A stretch of DNA of 64,000 nucleotides from Ranitomeya imitator (GCF_032444005.1 NW_027193546.1:372001-436000); one strand, 5' to 3'. Counted from the stretch's first letter, positions 49,601 through 62,002 are shown. Notes: generated by a model not told the origin, from the sequence alone. Translations and numbers: made by a program.

Positions 49601-51278
49601 GGCACTGATCATACAGCTCTGCGGGGAGGAGGTGGTGGCACTGATCATACAGCTCTGCGGGGAGGAGGTGGTGGCACTGATTATACAGCTCTGCGGGGAG
49701 AGGGAGGTGGCTCTGATCATACAGCTCTGCGGGGAGGAGGTGGTGGCTCTGATCATACAGCTCTGCGGGGTGGAGGTGATTTCTCTGATCATACAGCTCT
49801 GCGGGGTGGAGGTGGTGGCACTGATTATACAGCTCTGCGGGGAGGAAGTGGTGGCTCTGATCATACAGCTCTGCGGGGGAGAAGGTGGTGGCACTGATCA
49901 TACAGCTCTGCGGGGTGGAGGTGATTTCTCTGATCATACAGCTCTGCAGGGAGGAGTAGGTGGTGGCACTGATGATACAGCTCTGCGGGGAGGAGGTGGT
50001 GGCACTGATCATACAGCTCTGCGGGGTGGAGGTGATTTCTCTGATCATACAGCTCTGCAGGGAGGAGGAGGTGGCACTGATCATACAGCTCTGCGGGGAG
50101 GAGGTGGTGGCACTGATCATACAGCTCTGCGGGGAGGAGGTGATGGCACTGATCATACAGCTCTCCGGGGAGGAGGTGGTGGCACTGATTATACAGCTCT
50201 GCGGGGAGAGGGTGGTGGCTCTGATCATACAGCTCTGCGGGGAGGAGGTGGTGGCTCTGATCATACAGCTCTGCGGGGTGGAGGTGATTTCTCTGATCAT
50301 ACAGCTCTGCGGGGTGGAGGTGGTGGCACTGATTATACAGCTCTGCGGGGAGGAAGTGGTGGCTCTGATCATACAGCTCTGCGGGGGAGAAGGTGGTGGC
50401 ACTGATCATACAGCTCTGCGGGGTGGAGGTGATTTCTCTGATCATACAGCTCTGCAGGGAGGAGTAGGTGGTCGCACTGATGATACAGCTCTGCGGGGAG
50501 GAGGTGGTGGCACTGATCATACAGCTCTGCGGGGTGGAGGTGATTTCTCTGATCATACAGCTCTGCAGGGAGGAGTAGGTGGTGGCACTGATGATACAGC
50601 TCTGCGGGGAGGAGGTGGTGGCACTGATCATACAGCTCTGCGGGGAGGAGGTGGTGGCACTGATCATACAGCTCTGCGGGGAGGAGGTGGTGGCACTGAT
50701 CGTACAGCTCTGCGGGGAGGAGGTGGTGGCACTGATCATACAGCTCTGCAGGGAGGAGGTGGTGGCACTGATCATACAGCTCTGCGGGGAGAAGGTGTTG
50801 GCACTGATCATACAGCTCTGCGGGGAGGAGGTGGTGGTACTGATCATACAGCTGTGCGGGGAGGAGGTGATTTCTCTGATCATACAGCTCTGCAGGGAGG
50901 AGGTGGTGGCTCTGATCATACAGCTCTGCGGGGAGGAGGTGGTAGCACTGATCATACAGCTCTGCGGGGGAGAAGGTGGTGGCACTGATCATACAGCTCT
51001 GCGGGGTGGAGGTGATTTCTCTGATCATACAGCTCTGCAGGGAGGAGTAGGTGGTGGCACTGATCATACAGCTCTGCGGGGGAGAAGGTGGTGGCACTGA
51101 TCATACAGCTCTCCGGGGAGGAGGTGATTTCTCTGATCATAGAGCTCTGCAGGGAGGAGGTGGTGGCACTGATCATACAGGTCTGAGGGGAGTAGGTGGT
51201 GGCTCTGATCATACAGCTCTGCGGGGAGAGGGTGGTGGCACTGATCATACAGCTCTGCGGGGAGGAGGTGGTGGCTCT
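37621..51278. repeat. 36-bp satellite array (~13.7 kb) ending in the H1 stem-loop
   Basis: Continuous units; last unit fused to GGCTCTTATAAGAGCC. Confidence 0.98.
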
Positions 51279-51288
51279 TATAAGAGCC
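51273..51288 (-). terminator. Histone 3' stem-loop of H1 copy 2
   Basis: GGCTCT-TATA-AGAGCC-ACCAC. Confidence 0.93.
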
Positions 51289-51316
51289 TTTGTGGTAACA
51301 GAACAGGGGCTGCAGC

Positions 51317-51955
51317 TTATTTCTTAGCCGCGGGCTTCTTGGCTTTCGCAGCCTTCTTAGCCGGACTCTTGGCGGGTTTGGCCGCCTTCTTAGCCGGACT
51401 CTTCGTCACCTTCTTGGGCTTGGGAGCGGCTTTCGGCTTCTTGGGGCTCTTGGCCGCTTTCTTGGCCGCTGCGGGCTTCTTGGCCTTTTTCGGGCTCTTC
51501 TTGGCCGCAGTCGGAGCCTTCTTGGGCTTCTTCGGAGATTTGGCGGCTTTCTTGGCAGCAGCGGGTTTCTTAGGTTTGGCCGCAGCTGCTGGCTTCGTCT
51601 TGGCCACTTTGTCCTTCGTCTCCTGCTTCTTGTTCAGCTTGAAGGACCCGGAGGCGCCGCTGCCTTTCACCTGGAGGAGGGCGCCCTTGGTGACCAGAGC
51701 CTTGACGGCCAGCTTCAGGCGGCTGTTGTTCTTCTCTACATCGTATCCTCCAGCAGACAGAGCCTTCTTCAGGGCGGCCAGAGACACCCCGCTGCGCTCC
51801 TTGGAGGCGGACACGGCTTTCACGATCAGCTCGGAGACGCTGGGGCCGGAGGGTTTATTGCTCTTCTTGGCAGCAGATTTCTTCGGCTGCTTCTTGGATT
51901 TGGCGGCCGGTTCTGCGGGAGGGGGAGCGGCGGCTGGCGCGGTCTCTGCCATCAT
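51317..51955 (-). CDS. H1: Linker histone H1, copy 2
   Basis: Same protein as copy 1 from the ATG at 51955; the ORF track's longer N-terminus uses a non-ATG start. Confidence 0.97.
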   Translation of the reverse strand: MMAETAPAAAPPPAEPAAKSKKQPKKSAAKKSNKPSGPSVSELIVKAVSASKERSGVSLAALKKALSAGGYDVEKNNSRLKLAVKALVTKGALLQVKGSGASGSFKLNKKQETKDKVAKTKPAAAAKPKKPAAAKKAAKSPKKPKKAPTAAKKSPKKAKKPAAAKKAAKSPKKPKAAPKPKKVTKSPAKKAAKPAKSPAKKAAKAKKPAAKK

Positions 51956-52957
51956 GTGCTGCGGAAAAACAAAATGAAAATATTTCCTGATAGGAAGGAA
52001 AACACTGAGGCCGGAGCTGGAGGCGCCTGTTATATGTACAGGCTTACTGCGCACTGATTGGCTGCTGAGCAGCACCGTCCTGAGCTTCTATTGGCTGACA
52101 CTGGACACAGGCCCCGCCCCCTCCCAGCTGAGTCCGAGTGAAGCTCCGCTCTCCCCTTGTGCTTCCCTGCCCGGGATAAAAGCCCTTTACCGGCTAACAC
52201 CGGACAGCAGAGCGCGATTCCTCCGTCGCCTCCCCTTCTCCAACATCTCCACCGGCCATTTGTAGCCGTCACTAGCAGAGATGCCGGGAAAGAGCGGAGA
52301 GGAAATCCCGGGATCATCGCCGCCGTCCTCCCGATCTGCACATCACTGTGTATCCGGGGAGATAAATCTGCTGCGGGAGCTCGTTCCTCCTATTCCCGGC
52401 TCCTGTCACCATCACAGGGATCTTTACTCCTATGTCTATCGCACAGGAAGCTGATTGTACGATGTGGGGACGAGCTGGAGCTGCTGACAACCCAGAAGGG
52501 TAACACAGGCGACGGCCTCCGCTGACTGCCACCTCCTTGACCTGTGGTGTCACTGTACCCCGTATGTGCAGAGGATTGGGGGGACACGTGTTCCACATCA
52601 GTAGATGATCCACATCGGTGGCTGATTGCAATCACCTGCCTGATATCGTGTCTTACCCAGTGTGAAGCTGTGACCGCTGCGGCCTGTCATGGTGCGAAGA
52701 GCTCTGATGAGGCGACAGCTGCACACTGCGACTCCCCAACCAAACACATAAACATCTCCGGGGAGAAAACTGAAATATTAATGGATTTATGTGACCCCCA
52801 CTATTGTGTAAAAGGGGAATATTGGGAGAAAAGCGGAGACACAAAATCCAGCGTCTACACAGAGAACACAGCTGTACATAGTTTATATAGTGCACAACAT
52901 CACATCTGCACAGCCCAGATCAGCAGTGTAATAAGTGTCACTGATACTAGAGGAGAG

Positions 52958-53166
52958 GGTACAGTATATACAGCAGAGTGTACAGTATATACAGCAGAGT
53001 ACACAGTATATAGAGCAGAGTGTACAGTATATACAGCAGTGTGCACAGTATATAGAGCCAGTGTGTACAGTACATACAGCAGTGTGTACAGTATATAGAG
53101 CAGTGTGTAAAGTATATACAGCAGTGTGTACAATTTATAGACCAGAGTGTACAGTATATAGAGCAG
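52958..53166. repeat. 21-bp minisatellite, shorter paralog
   Basis: Same unit as 36548-36839, about 4 units fewer. Confidence 0.88.
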
Positions 53167-53546
53167 TCTCCCCTCTCTTCTTCTTTCTCTCTCTCTCTCT
53201 CTCCCTCTTTCTTAATCTCTATTTCTCTCTCCTCTCTTTCATTATTTCCTTCTCTCCTTTCTCTCTTCGCTCTCCTCTCTTTCTTTCTCTCTTCTTTTTT
53301 CTCTAAATATTTCTCTCACTCTTACTCTTTCTTCCTTTCTATTTCTCTCTCTCCCTCTCTTTCCCTTGCTTTCTCTTTTTCTTACTTTATATCTATCTCT
53401 CTCCTTCTCTCTTTCTTTATCTCTCTTCTCTCTCTCTCTCTTTATGTCTCTTTGTCTCTCTTTCTCTCTTTCTCCCTTTCTTTCTCTCTATCTCCTTCTT
53501 TCTCATTCTCTCTCTTTCACTTTATCTCTCTCTTTCTCTCTCTCAG
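53167..53546. repeat. CT-rich polypyrimidine tract
   Basis: Paralog of 36840-37220. Confidence 0.9.
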
Positions 53547-53871
53547 GGAGAGATGATCAATCCTTCATGTCAGCAGTGCACCTCTCCAAAATGAGGCAGA
53601 TGTACTAGATTTTCTAGGCACCGCCATCTGCACGTGGGGTGCTGCTGTAATCCCTGTCATCATCCTCGTTTTTCCTCTCCACGTTTCCATATCCAGCCAA
53701 GTGATCGCTGGGCCCAGTATTCTCATCAGCATTGCCGATACTTCGAGCTGTAGCAAAGGAGAAGGCACAAGTGATGATAACCCGCCTCTATGTGCCCTCA
53801 AGTGTCTCCGCTGTGGTGCGGGATGATATGCTATGGAAGGTTAATAATCAATAATTGTGTCCTTCCTACAG

Positions 53872-54549
53872 GCTCTGGTGCCCCATGGAATGAAAGGTTT
53901 CCCCAGGAGGGCGGTGGTAAAGATGTTTAATGACTTGCTAAGGAATGGTCGCATGCAAAAACTCCAAGACTCGGACACCGTGCTGTCCCAGATTTTGGAG
54001 ATGACGTGCAGTGACTTGGATTGGGAGGTGAAGGTGAACGCATTGGACCTGGCACATTCCTATATGTCCCAAACATTGGAGATGGGACCGTCCCTAACGT
54101 GCCCTTACACTATAGGGCTGCCATCTAGCAGAAGCTCAGGTTCCATCTCCGACGCTCTGGTTACATGTGAATGAGTCGGGCTTTTTCCGGCCTTATTGAC
54201 TTGTCTGTGTGACTGTGACCGGCCAGTGGCATCAAAGGCGTGTGAAATACTTCTCGCTGTGAAGCCCAATCTGTGCAATGGGGACACTGATCCCTCCGAA
54301 GAGTATGGAAGAGACTGGCTGGAGCACACGATAAAAGAGAAGCAAATGGCAGGCGGGGACGGTGCTGGGGACCGGCAGGGTCGCCCACCAGAATGGGCCA
54401 CTGGGGTCATAAAGAAGATGGATTTGGATAACATAAAATGTTCCCTGCCGAAATACAGCGATTATGTACACGAGACTCCCCGGTCACTGCTGCAGGACGT
54501 CAAAGCCACCTTATGGGGGGAAGAAATGCACGATGCAGATTGCTACTGA
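53872..54549 (+). pseudogene. BRAT1: BRAT1 terminal coding exon, disabled by an in-frame TGA at 54172-54174
   Basis: Acceptor ccttcctacag|; translation GFPRRAVVKMF...DLDWEVK...CPY...C.*VGLF...DCDRPVASKAC...PRSLLQD...DADCY recognised from memory as the BRAT1 C-terminus (human GFPRRAV, DLDWEVR, DCDRPVAQKSC, SLLQD, EADCY). Both ORF halves share one frame. Confidence 0.82.
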
Positions 54550-55190
54550 TGCGGAAGTTTAAGGGACTTTTCTGCTGCAGATCTCATTGCGGAAATGCCT
54601 TTTGTGCTGTGATTTGTAGTGGATCCAACCTGTTTTTTTCCTACAGTGTCCTACTGGGACCCAGAAGCCCTCCTGGCCATCCGACAGCTACTCAGGCCCC
54701 AATTTCGAAGAAGCACGTCCTGGTTATAAGAAAGCAAATGCCTTTGGCACTATAGAGGGTGATGTAGTAGGGATTATTTTTCTATTTTGGTTTGCTTCCA
54801 GTACAGTTTTCACATTAAATCAGAACAATTAAAGAAAACAAACAAAAAAAAAAAACACGGCACATTCCTGTAATTTTCAATTAAAGCATAACATTTTATA
54901 TAAACAATGCATAAAAATGTGTCTTTCTGGGTTGTGATTGGTACATGAGGTAATGGCATAAATTAACATTCAATCACCTGATGTTGATATGATGAAAAAT
55001 CTCTCCTAATTTCACTTGCTGCTTTCAACCGTGTATTGGGATTAACTGTGGGGGCATCATACATTGTGGAGAGTATGATCCACTCTGATCTGGCATGGTC
55101 ATGACAATAGTCGGGATACCTGCCGCTACAGGGAAGGAAATTGTATATAATAAAGAAGCTGGAAAAATAATTGCAGAAACTGTACAATTG

Positions 55191-55330
55191 GCGGGAAATT
55201 CAAACTTCCCAACAGTTCTGTGTTCAGCCAATCAGCAGAGGAAGGGAGGAGCTAATGATTCTGTAAGCCCCGCCCCGGATAGCGTCATCTCTCCAGTTCT
55301 CTCTCTGGTCCATTCTTCCTCCATAGAAAG
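55191..55330 (+). promoter_or_regulatory. Promoter of the second H4 (E2F, CHR, CCAAT, TCTGGTCC; TATA mutated)
   Basis: gcgggaaa 55191, ttcaaa 55199, ccaat 55228, tctggtcc 55304, TAGAAA 55324 in place of TATAAA. Confidence 0.6.
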
Positions 55331-55371
55331 GAGCAGTCCCTGAGGCTCAGGAATCAGTTTTTGCTCATTGA

Positions 55372-55692
<321 letters not shown>

Positions 55693-55722
55693 TTGTGTTC
55701 TCTTCTGTCCTCACAACCCAAA

Positions 55723-55738
55723 GGCTCTTTTCAGAGCC
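55723..55738 (+). terminator. Histone 3' stem-loop of the second H4
   Basis: GGCTCT-TTTC-AGAGCC-ACCCA. Confidence 0.95.
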
Positions 55739-56518
55739 ACCCACATCTTCTAAGTGAGGGCTGCACCTGACTGCTAGGATCTGATTTCTCTGCTTTGGTG
55801 ATGTCGCTGTAATGTTAGAACACTCATCGGTGCCAACGTTCGCTCCGAATACTGAATAGTCCCAAGGATATCCTGACGTGGAAAGACTAAACGGCTTACC
55901 CGAAGCAGATCCCTCTACAGCTCTAATCAGGGGGGTGTTCAGGGCGGTTTCCAAATGTAGGTTAATATTCTGTCTAGACATTTAATATCCTGTTCTTATT
56001 GGGCGCTGATTAGTAGATTTATGGGGGATATATATCCGCACTGGGCCGCAGTGATAATTTCCTGATCAGATCCGTGTACAGGGAATGTGGCTGTAGGAGG
56101 CAGCTGGATAGATGGACGCCCTGTGTGTCATCACATAGGGTACGGAGACTCCTATGTGATGACCACGTCCTGGACACTAATGTTTCGGGTGGATGGCGCC
56201 TCTGAAGACTATTATAACCTCCTCAGAATAATGATGGGCTGTTTGAGGTCTGATAGCCACGGCTGCGCGTTTTGAGGTCCTGTCATGTATTTATATATAT
56301 CCGGTGTGTGCAGTGTATGGGGGGACACAGGTGTTGGTTCTGTTCCCTACAGCTCCTGTCCTGTATATGTATATACAAAGCGTATACATTGTGTGCAGTG
56401 TATGGGGGACACAGCGCTGCCGGGGCCTGGGGTGAAGGTGCCGCATCTGTGGATACTCTGGTAAAGAAAAGATCAGCTGGAAAACGGCACGTAAGAAGTT
56501 AAACGGGAGAGGAAAGAC

Positions 56519-56995
56519 GGGCAACAAAATTAATAAAGGGGATGGGAGAACTACAATACCCAGATAGATTAGCGAAATTAGGATTATTTAGTCTAGAAAA
56601 AAGACGACTGAGGGGCGATCTAATAACCATGTATAAGTATATAAGGGGACAATACAAATATCTCGCTGAGGATCTGTTTATACCAAGGAAGGTGACGGGC
56701 ACAAGGGGGCATTCTTTGCGTCTGGAGGAGAGAAGGTTTTTCCACCAACATAGAAGAGGATTCTTTACTGTTAGGGCAGTGAGAATCTGGAATTGCTTGC
56801 CTGAGGAGGTGGTGATGGCGAACTCAGTCGAGGGGTTCAAGAGAGGCCTGGATGTCTTCCTGGAGCAGAACAATATTGTATCATACAATTAGGTTCTGTA
56901 GAGGGACGTAGATCTGGGGATTTATTATGATGGAATATAGGCTGAACTGGATGGACAGATGTCTTTTTTCGGCCTTACTAACTATGTTACTATGT
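56519..56995 (+). mobile_element. 5'-truncated CR1 3' fragment
   Basis: Matches the CR1 ORF2 C-terminus and 3' UTR, ending ttactaactatgttactatgt. Confidence 0.92.
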
Positions 56996-57388
56996 ACATC
57001 ACTGAAGGCTGAGCGTTACCAAGGTTTCTCGCTCATTGTCTGATCACAGAATCCGTTGGGGAATTTGAATTCCCCGCTCATAATCTCCGGAGGATTGTTA
57101 CAGGTCACTGATAGCGACAACCATCCCCCACCCCCTTACTGCGGGACCTGCTAACTACATGTAGACCTCACCGCGGAGTATCAGACACTAAGGAGGGGAC
57201 ATTTCCTGCGAGCTTGGCAGACGACACTCCACCTGAGGGTCTGAGACTTCATGTGGGATTGACCCATTCATCTCCTGTTATTCTGTGGATATGTGCACCA
57301 ACAATGGCGGCAATGGTGTATGAACTATCAGCCTCATGCGAGGACCCCCGAGATAGGCGGCGCCGGCTCTTGTGGTGACGGTGTGGGT

Positions 57389-57404
57389 GGCTCTTAGAAG
57401 AGCC
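57389..57404 (-). terminator. Histone 3' stem-loop of H2A
   Basis: GGCTCT-TCTA-AGAGCC-ACCCA with ACAAGAGCC downstream. Confidence 0.94.
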
Positions 57405-57433
57405 TTTGGTTTTGTAGAGATTGGCGGCAGCGC

Positions 57434-57826
57434 TCACTTGCTCTTGCTCGCCTTGCTGCTCTCGGTCTTCTTGGGCAGCAGCACGGCCTGGATGTTGGGC
57501 AGGACGCCCCCCTGGGCAATGGTCACCCCACCCAGCAGCCTGTTCAGCTCCTCGTCATTGCGCACCGCCAGCTGCAGGTGACGGGGGATGATGCGGGTCT
57601 TCTTGTTGTCCCGGGCAGCATTGCCGGCCAATTCCAGGATCTCAGCGGTCAGATACTCCAGCACAGCGGCCAGATAGACCGGAGCGCCGGCGCCGACTCT
57701 CTCAGCGTAGTTGCCCTTGCGGAGAAGCCTGTGCACACGGCCGACTGGGAACTGCAGTCCTGCCCGGGATGAGCGGGTCTTGGCCTTAGCACGGACCTTT
57801 CCTCCTTGTTTGCCGCGTCCAGACAT
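57434..57826 (-). CDS. H2A: Histone H2A, replication-dependent
   Basis: 130-aa canonical H2A (SGRGKQGGK...LLPKKTES); TATATAA at 57883-57889. Confidence 0.98.
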   Translation of the reverse strand: MSGRGKQGGKVRAKAKTRSSRAGLQFPVGRVHRLLRKGNYAERVGAGAPVYLAAVLEYLTAEILELAGNAARDNKKTRIIPRHLQLAVRNDEELNRLLGGVTIAQGGVLPNIQAVLLPKKTESSKASKSK

Positions 57827-58617
57827 GATGCCGATAACTAATGACGGAAAATCGTGTAGAGAAGAGTCTGTGCTGTGTCGCCTTATATAGTCCGTTGCTC
57901 CGCCCTCCTCTCCTGTCGTTGGACGGATCTGAAGATGAAAATGGAGAAGAGTATTGGAGATCCACCAATGAGCTACAGAGGGCGGAGCTTATTATTGCTC
58001 CTTGCTCAAATGAGTTTCTCACCCAATAGAAAACGTTCGCTTTGGACAGAATAGATAAGGGGTGAAAACAGATATCTGTCCTGGAGCAGAAGGAAATGCA
58101 GAAATATTCTGTTGACTTGTTGTTTGCACTTGTTGGACTTGTGTCTTCTATCAGCCATATATTGCACTGACAGTCTGGCGGGTGAGGGGTTAATTCCTGT
58201 CAGGAGGAGGCTCCTCACTCACCCGCTTATTATCCTGTGCAGATCCCCTGTGGTGTCCGCGCTTATACTATCACAGCCTGACTGAGACAAGTCTCCTATG
58301 TTCTGCCCGGAGCCTGATGTGACGCTGCCGGGTCTCGGGTGGGGGAAGTCGCCGCTTCTGTAAAGCGAGTGTGTAGTGGGGGGTCAGCACACACGGACAC
58401 TGAGGAGTTAAATGGAGGCGGATATTCCTGTATCTGGGATTGGTCGGCGCCTGCGGATGTCTCTCGCTCATTGGCTGATTACAGATCCGTTGCTGGTTTT
58501 GAATTCCCCGCTCAGTTTCTGCTCTTTGTCCGTCGGGTTTATTACCGGCCCCTCTGCTGGAGCGGCGATCGCTGATAATACCGGGTCCTGTCATCCCAGC
58601 TGTCTGCCCCCAAACAC

Positions 58618-59512
58618 CTCCGTGTCCTTGACCTGAGTGCACACCATTATCCTTGTTCATGTGATTTTTTGCTTGGTGTAGCACCGGTTTACCAGATGAC
58701 GTCTGACATCTTCGCATACGACGACGCAACCAGTTCCAGCATCTTATCGCAAGTTTCAAACTCAAGTGAATTCTTGAAAACCCCTCCCCATGAGTTGAGG
58801 ACGAGGGACTACGAGAAGGAGCGACGAAAATTAATCTCATATGATTTACACTGCATAACTTTGGCAGAACATCATAAACAGGGCAAGATCCCGAGAGGTC
58901 TTAGGTGCAACCTGCGCCCAACACTTTTTTCTGAAGATCCCGATTACTGTGACAAATACAAGAGAATACTAAATAAATGTTCTTTAGACATCATTATTCT
59001 GACCATTGAATTTCTACAAAAGGCTATTACGGAAACAAAGGACAGTATTAGAGCAATTGAAACACAACTATCTTCTACATTGGCATCCACAGACTCTTAC
59101 TTTTCGCTGCTCCGGACAGTATTCCCTTCATCGCCTCTGGTTGCCTTGTAAATATTGTACATATTATATTTTATATTTTGGTGTATGTTTATTATTTTGT
59201 CTTTTTTGTTCTTATTCGTTTTCTATTACATATAATGTTATGTCACATACAGTTACTTATACTGTTTATTTGCTTTCCTAGTAACCCCATGAATAAGACC
59301 CGGGAGGGTCGAAACGTCGGGTTTCTATCTACGAATTATCACAGTGGCAATTGTTGACTTGTTTTCGTGAATAAATCTGGCATATACCTTTTGCATCATA
59401 CCAGTTTCGAGTGTGCGGTATTTTTTCTTCTACTATTAACTTGACCACACGGTCTGTTTTACCAGCACCTCCGTGTCCTTGACCTGAGTGCACACCATTA
59501 TCCTTGTTCATG
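58618..59512 (+). mobile_element. Short Penelope-like retroelement insertion with terminal direct repeats
   Basis: 44-bp direct repeats (58618-58661, 59469-59512), 13-bp flanking duplication tgcccccaaacac, a truncated ORF 58696-59151 (LHCITLAE...IPRGLR...ILNKCSLDI) resembling Penelope N-terminal regions, and a hammerhead-like fold. Confidence 0.68.
59279..59327 (+). ncRNA. Minimal hammerhead-ribozyme-like motif with degenerate core
   Basis: Stem I TAGTAACCC/GGGTTTCTA, core CATGAATAA, stem II GACCC-GGGA-GGGTC, GAAAC then a GTC triplet. Confidence 0.5.
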
Positions 59513-60013
59513 CCCCCAAACACGGGCGGGGATCGGTCGCCATTATTACTCTGGGGAGGTTATAATAACCTTCATAGGCGCCATCCATCCGAAACATTAG
59601 TGTCCGGGACGTGGTCATCACATAGGAGTCTCCGTACCCGGTACACAGGGCGTCCATCTATCCAGCTGCCTCAGACAGCCACATTCCCTGTGAATATTCG
59701 CTGCCCTATTCACCCCACACGGATCTGATCAGGAGAATATTACTGTACAGCCCATTTCCCTGTAAATCCGTGTTCTATTTATTTTATATATCAATAAGAA
59801 GAAACCGCATTTGTGCTGTGATGGGAGTCACCAGTACTTGGGGCATCTTACAGTCAGACTTGTGATCGGATCTCTCTGCACTGCAGTGGTTTTATCTCAC
59901 GTCATATTAACCCTATGAGATCTATGGCATTCGTTTTACATTATTACATCTAGTGCTAGAGGATCCTATCCTGCAATTGTATTGGGATATTTCTCCCATG
60001 ATTCGTTGTTCCC

Positions 60014-60958
60014 CTCCACATTCTCGGAACTTCTACATGTGGGCAAAACAGAATTCATTGTCTTTCCCACATCACACGCAACCCCCCAACGAACCTATCC
60101 ATTACAGGAAACGGCTGCCCACTCTCCTCAGTCCAAGTTCGCTGCCTCGGGGTAATCCTTGACACTCATCTCTCCTTCAAACCTCATATCCAAGCCCTTT
60201 CCACTTCCTGCCGCCTTCAACTCAAAATATTTCAAGGATCTGTAGATTTCTAAACCAAGAATCTGCAAAAACCCTAGTCTATGCCCTCATCATCTCCCGC
60301 CTGGACTACTGTAACCTCCTGCTCTGTGGCCTCCCCTCTAACACTCTCGCACCCCTCCTATCTATTCTAAACTCTCCTGCCCGACTAACCAACCTGTCCC
60401 CCGCTATTCCCCGGCCTCTCCCCTCTGTCAATCCCTTCACTGGCTCCCCATTACCCAGAGACTCCAGTACAAAAGCCTAACCATGACATACAAAGCCATC
60501 CACAAAATGTCTCCTTTATACATCTGTGACCTCCTCTCCCGGTACTTTCCTGCAACCTCCGATCCTCACAAGATCTCCTTCTCTACTCCCCTCTTATCTC
60601 CTCTTCCCACAATCGCATACAAGATTTCTCTTGCGCATCACCCCTACTCTGGAACCCTCTACCACAACACATCAGACTCTCACCTACCATGGAAACCTTC
60701 AAAAAGAGCCTAAAGACCCACCTCTTCCGACAAGCCTACAACCTGCAGTAACCACCACTGATCGACCAGCTCTACCTTCACCTACTGTATCCTCATCCAT
60801 CCATTGTAGATTGCGAGCCCTCGTGGGCAGGGTCCTCTCTCCTCCTGTACCAGTTATGACTTGTATTGTTCAAGATCATTGTACCTGTTATTATGTATAC
60901 CCCTCCTCACATGTAAAGCGCCATGGAATAAATGGCGCTATAATAATAAATAATAATA
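60014..60958 (+). mobile_element. L2/CR1-clade LINE fragment (paralog of 1452-2396)
   Basis: Near-identical at offset 58,562. Confidence 0.8.
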
Positions 60959-61986
60959 TTGCCCGAGAGCCGCCAGTCCTGACACTAGATGAAGCGGGGG
61001 AGGAAAAGTGATAGAACAGAAGGACGATCAGTAACTGAGCAGGGATCCTGTGAGGAGGATGTGACGGCCGATAATGTAACTGCCTGACCTGTGAGATCCT
61101 GACACCACAGGGTAATGTTCTGAGCAGGGACACTCCGCAATCTTCTACACATGATCCTACATTTCCCATCACAGACCTCCTGCCTGCAGCCGTAGGACTG
61201 ATCTGTAATGGGGAGACATGGTGGGATCTGCTGGGAAGGGCAGAATTGGTCTTCCCTGAAATGTCTCTTGTAGGATATGTCCCTGACCAGTATATCGTCT
61301 CCACAATACGGATTGTGACGGGAAAGGGACGATCTGATCGTCTCCAGGTCAGACACACGGGAACATCACAGCATGTGGAGAACACGAATCATTCTCTATA
61401 TCCATGAGAGGAAACCGGAGCGGATACAGCGCCGCTAACCTGGAAATCTGCAGATTCCTGTGTGGGATGTAAGAGACCAATGATCGCTCAACACAAGCAG
61501 ATTTCCCGATATCGGTCCTGGGACCAGGTGTTATATGAAGACAAAAGACGGAAAAAAGCGGGAACCGTAAACGTGTTACCATTGGAAACATTAGCTCCTC
61601 CCTCTGCTGATTGGCTGAACACAGGACGGTTGGGGGTTTGAATTTCCCGCCGCTTCTAAATGTAATGACGTCACTTACACTGTAAAAAGAATCCAGATTA
61701 GGCTCTAGATCAACTCCACCACAAATGGCTCCTGTTACCTGAGAAACGAGAGTAATGAACTAATAAACGAGACCCCAGAATGCCGAGATCTGTGCAGCAA
61801 GGAGTTAAATAAGAAGTCCCTGAATACACATCAACTCGCTGAGCAATGCCCAGATTATTCCTGAGATTTTCTCACCATCTCCCTCGTCACCAGGCGCAGA
61901 GCCCCGGGCGGAGCGAGCAGACACCTCGGGGAGACGGGAGAGGACACCGGAGCAGTGTGGGTGGCTCTTATAGTGAGGGTGTGGGT

Positions 61987-62002
61987 GGCTCTTAGAAGAG
62001 CC
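61987..62002 (-). terminator. Histone 3' stem-loop of H2B, second unit
   Basis: Paralog of 3425-3440. Confidence 0.92.

Noticed and set aside
14227-51248. Dozens of long ORFs (VALIIQLCGEEV, GGGGTDHTALR, SSPQSCMISATT, HHLLPAELYDQ repeats, up to 973 aa)
   Set aside because: The 36-bp unit is a multiple of 3 with few stops, so several frames on both strands stay open. Many starts are GTG, and there is no promoter, splice or domain evidence.
51956-52075. 40-aa N-terminal extension of H1 copy 2
   Set aside because: Non-ATG start upstream of the TATA box, and it is not open in copy 1.
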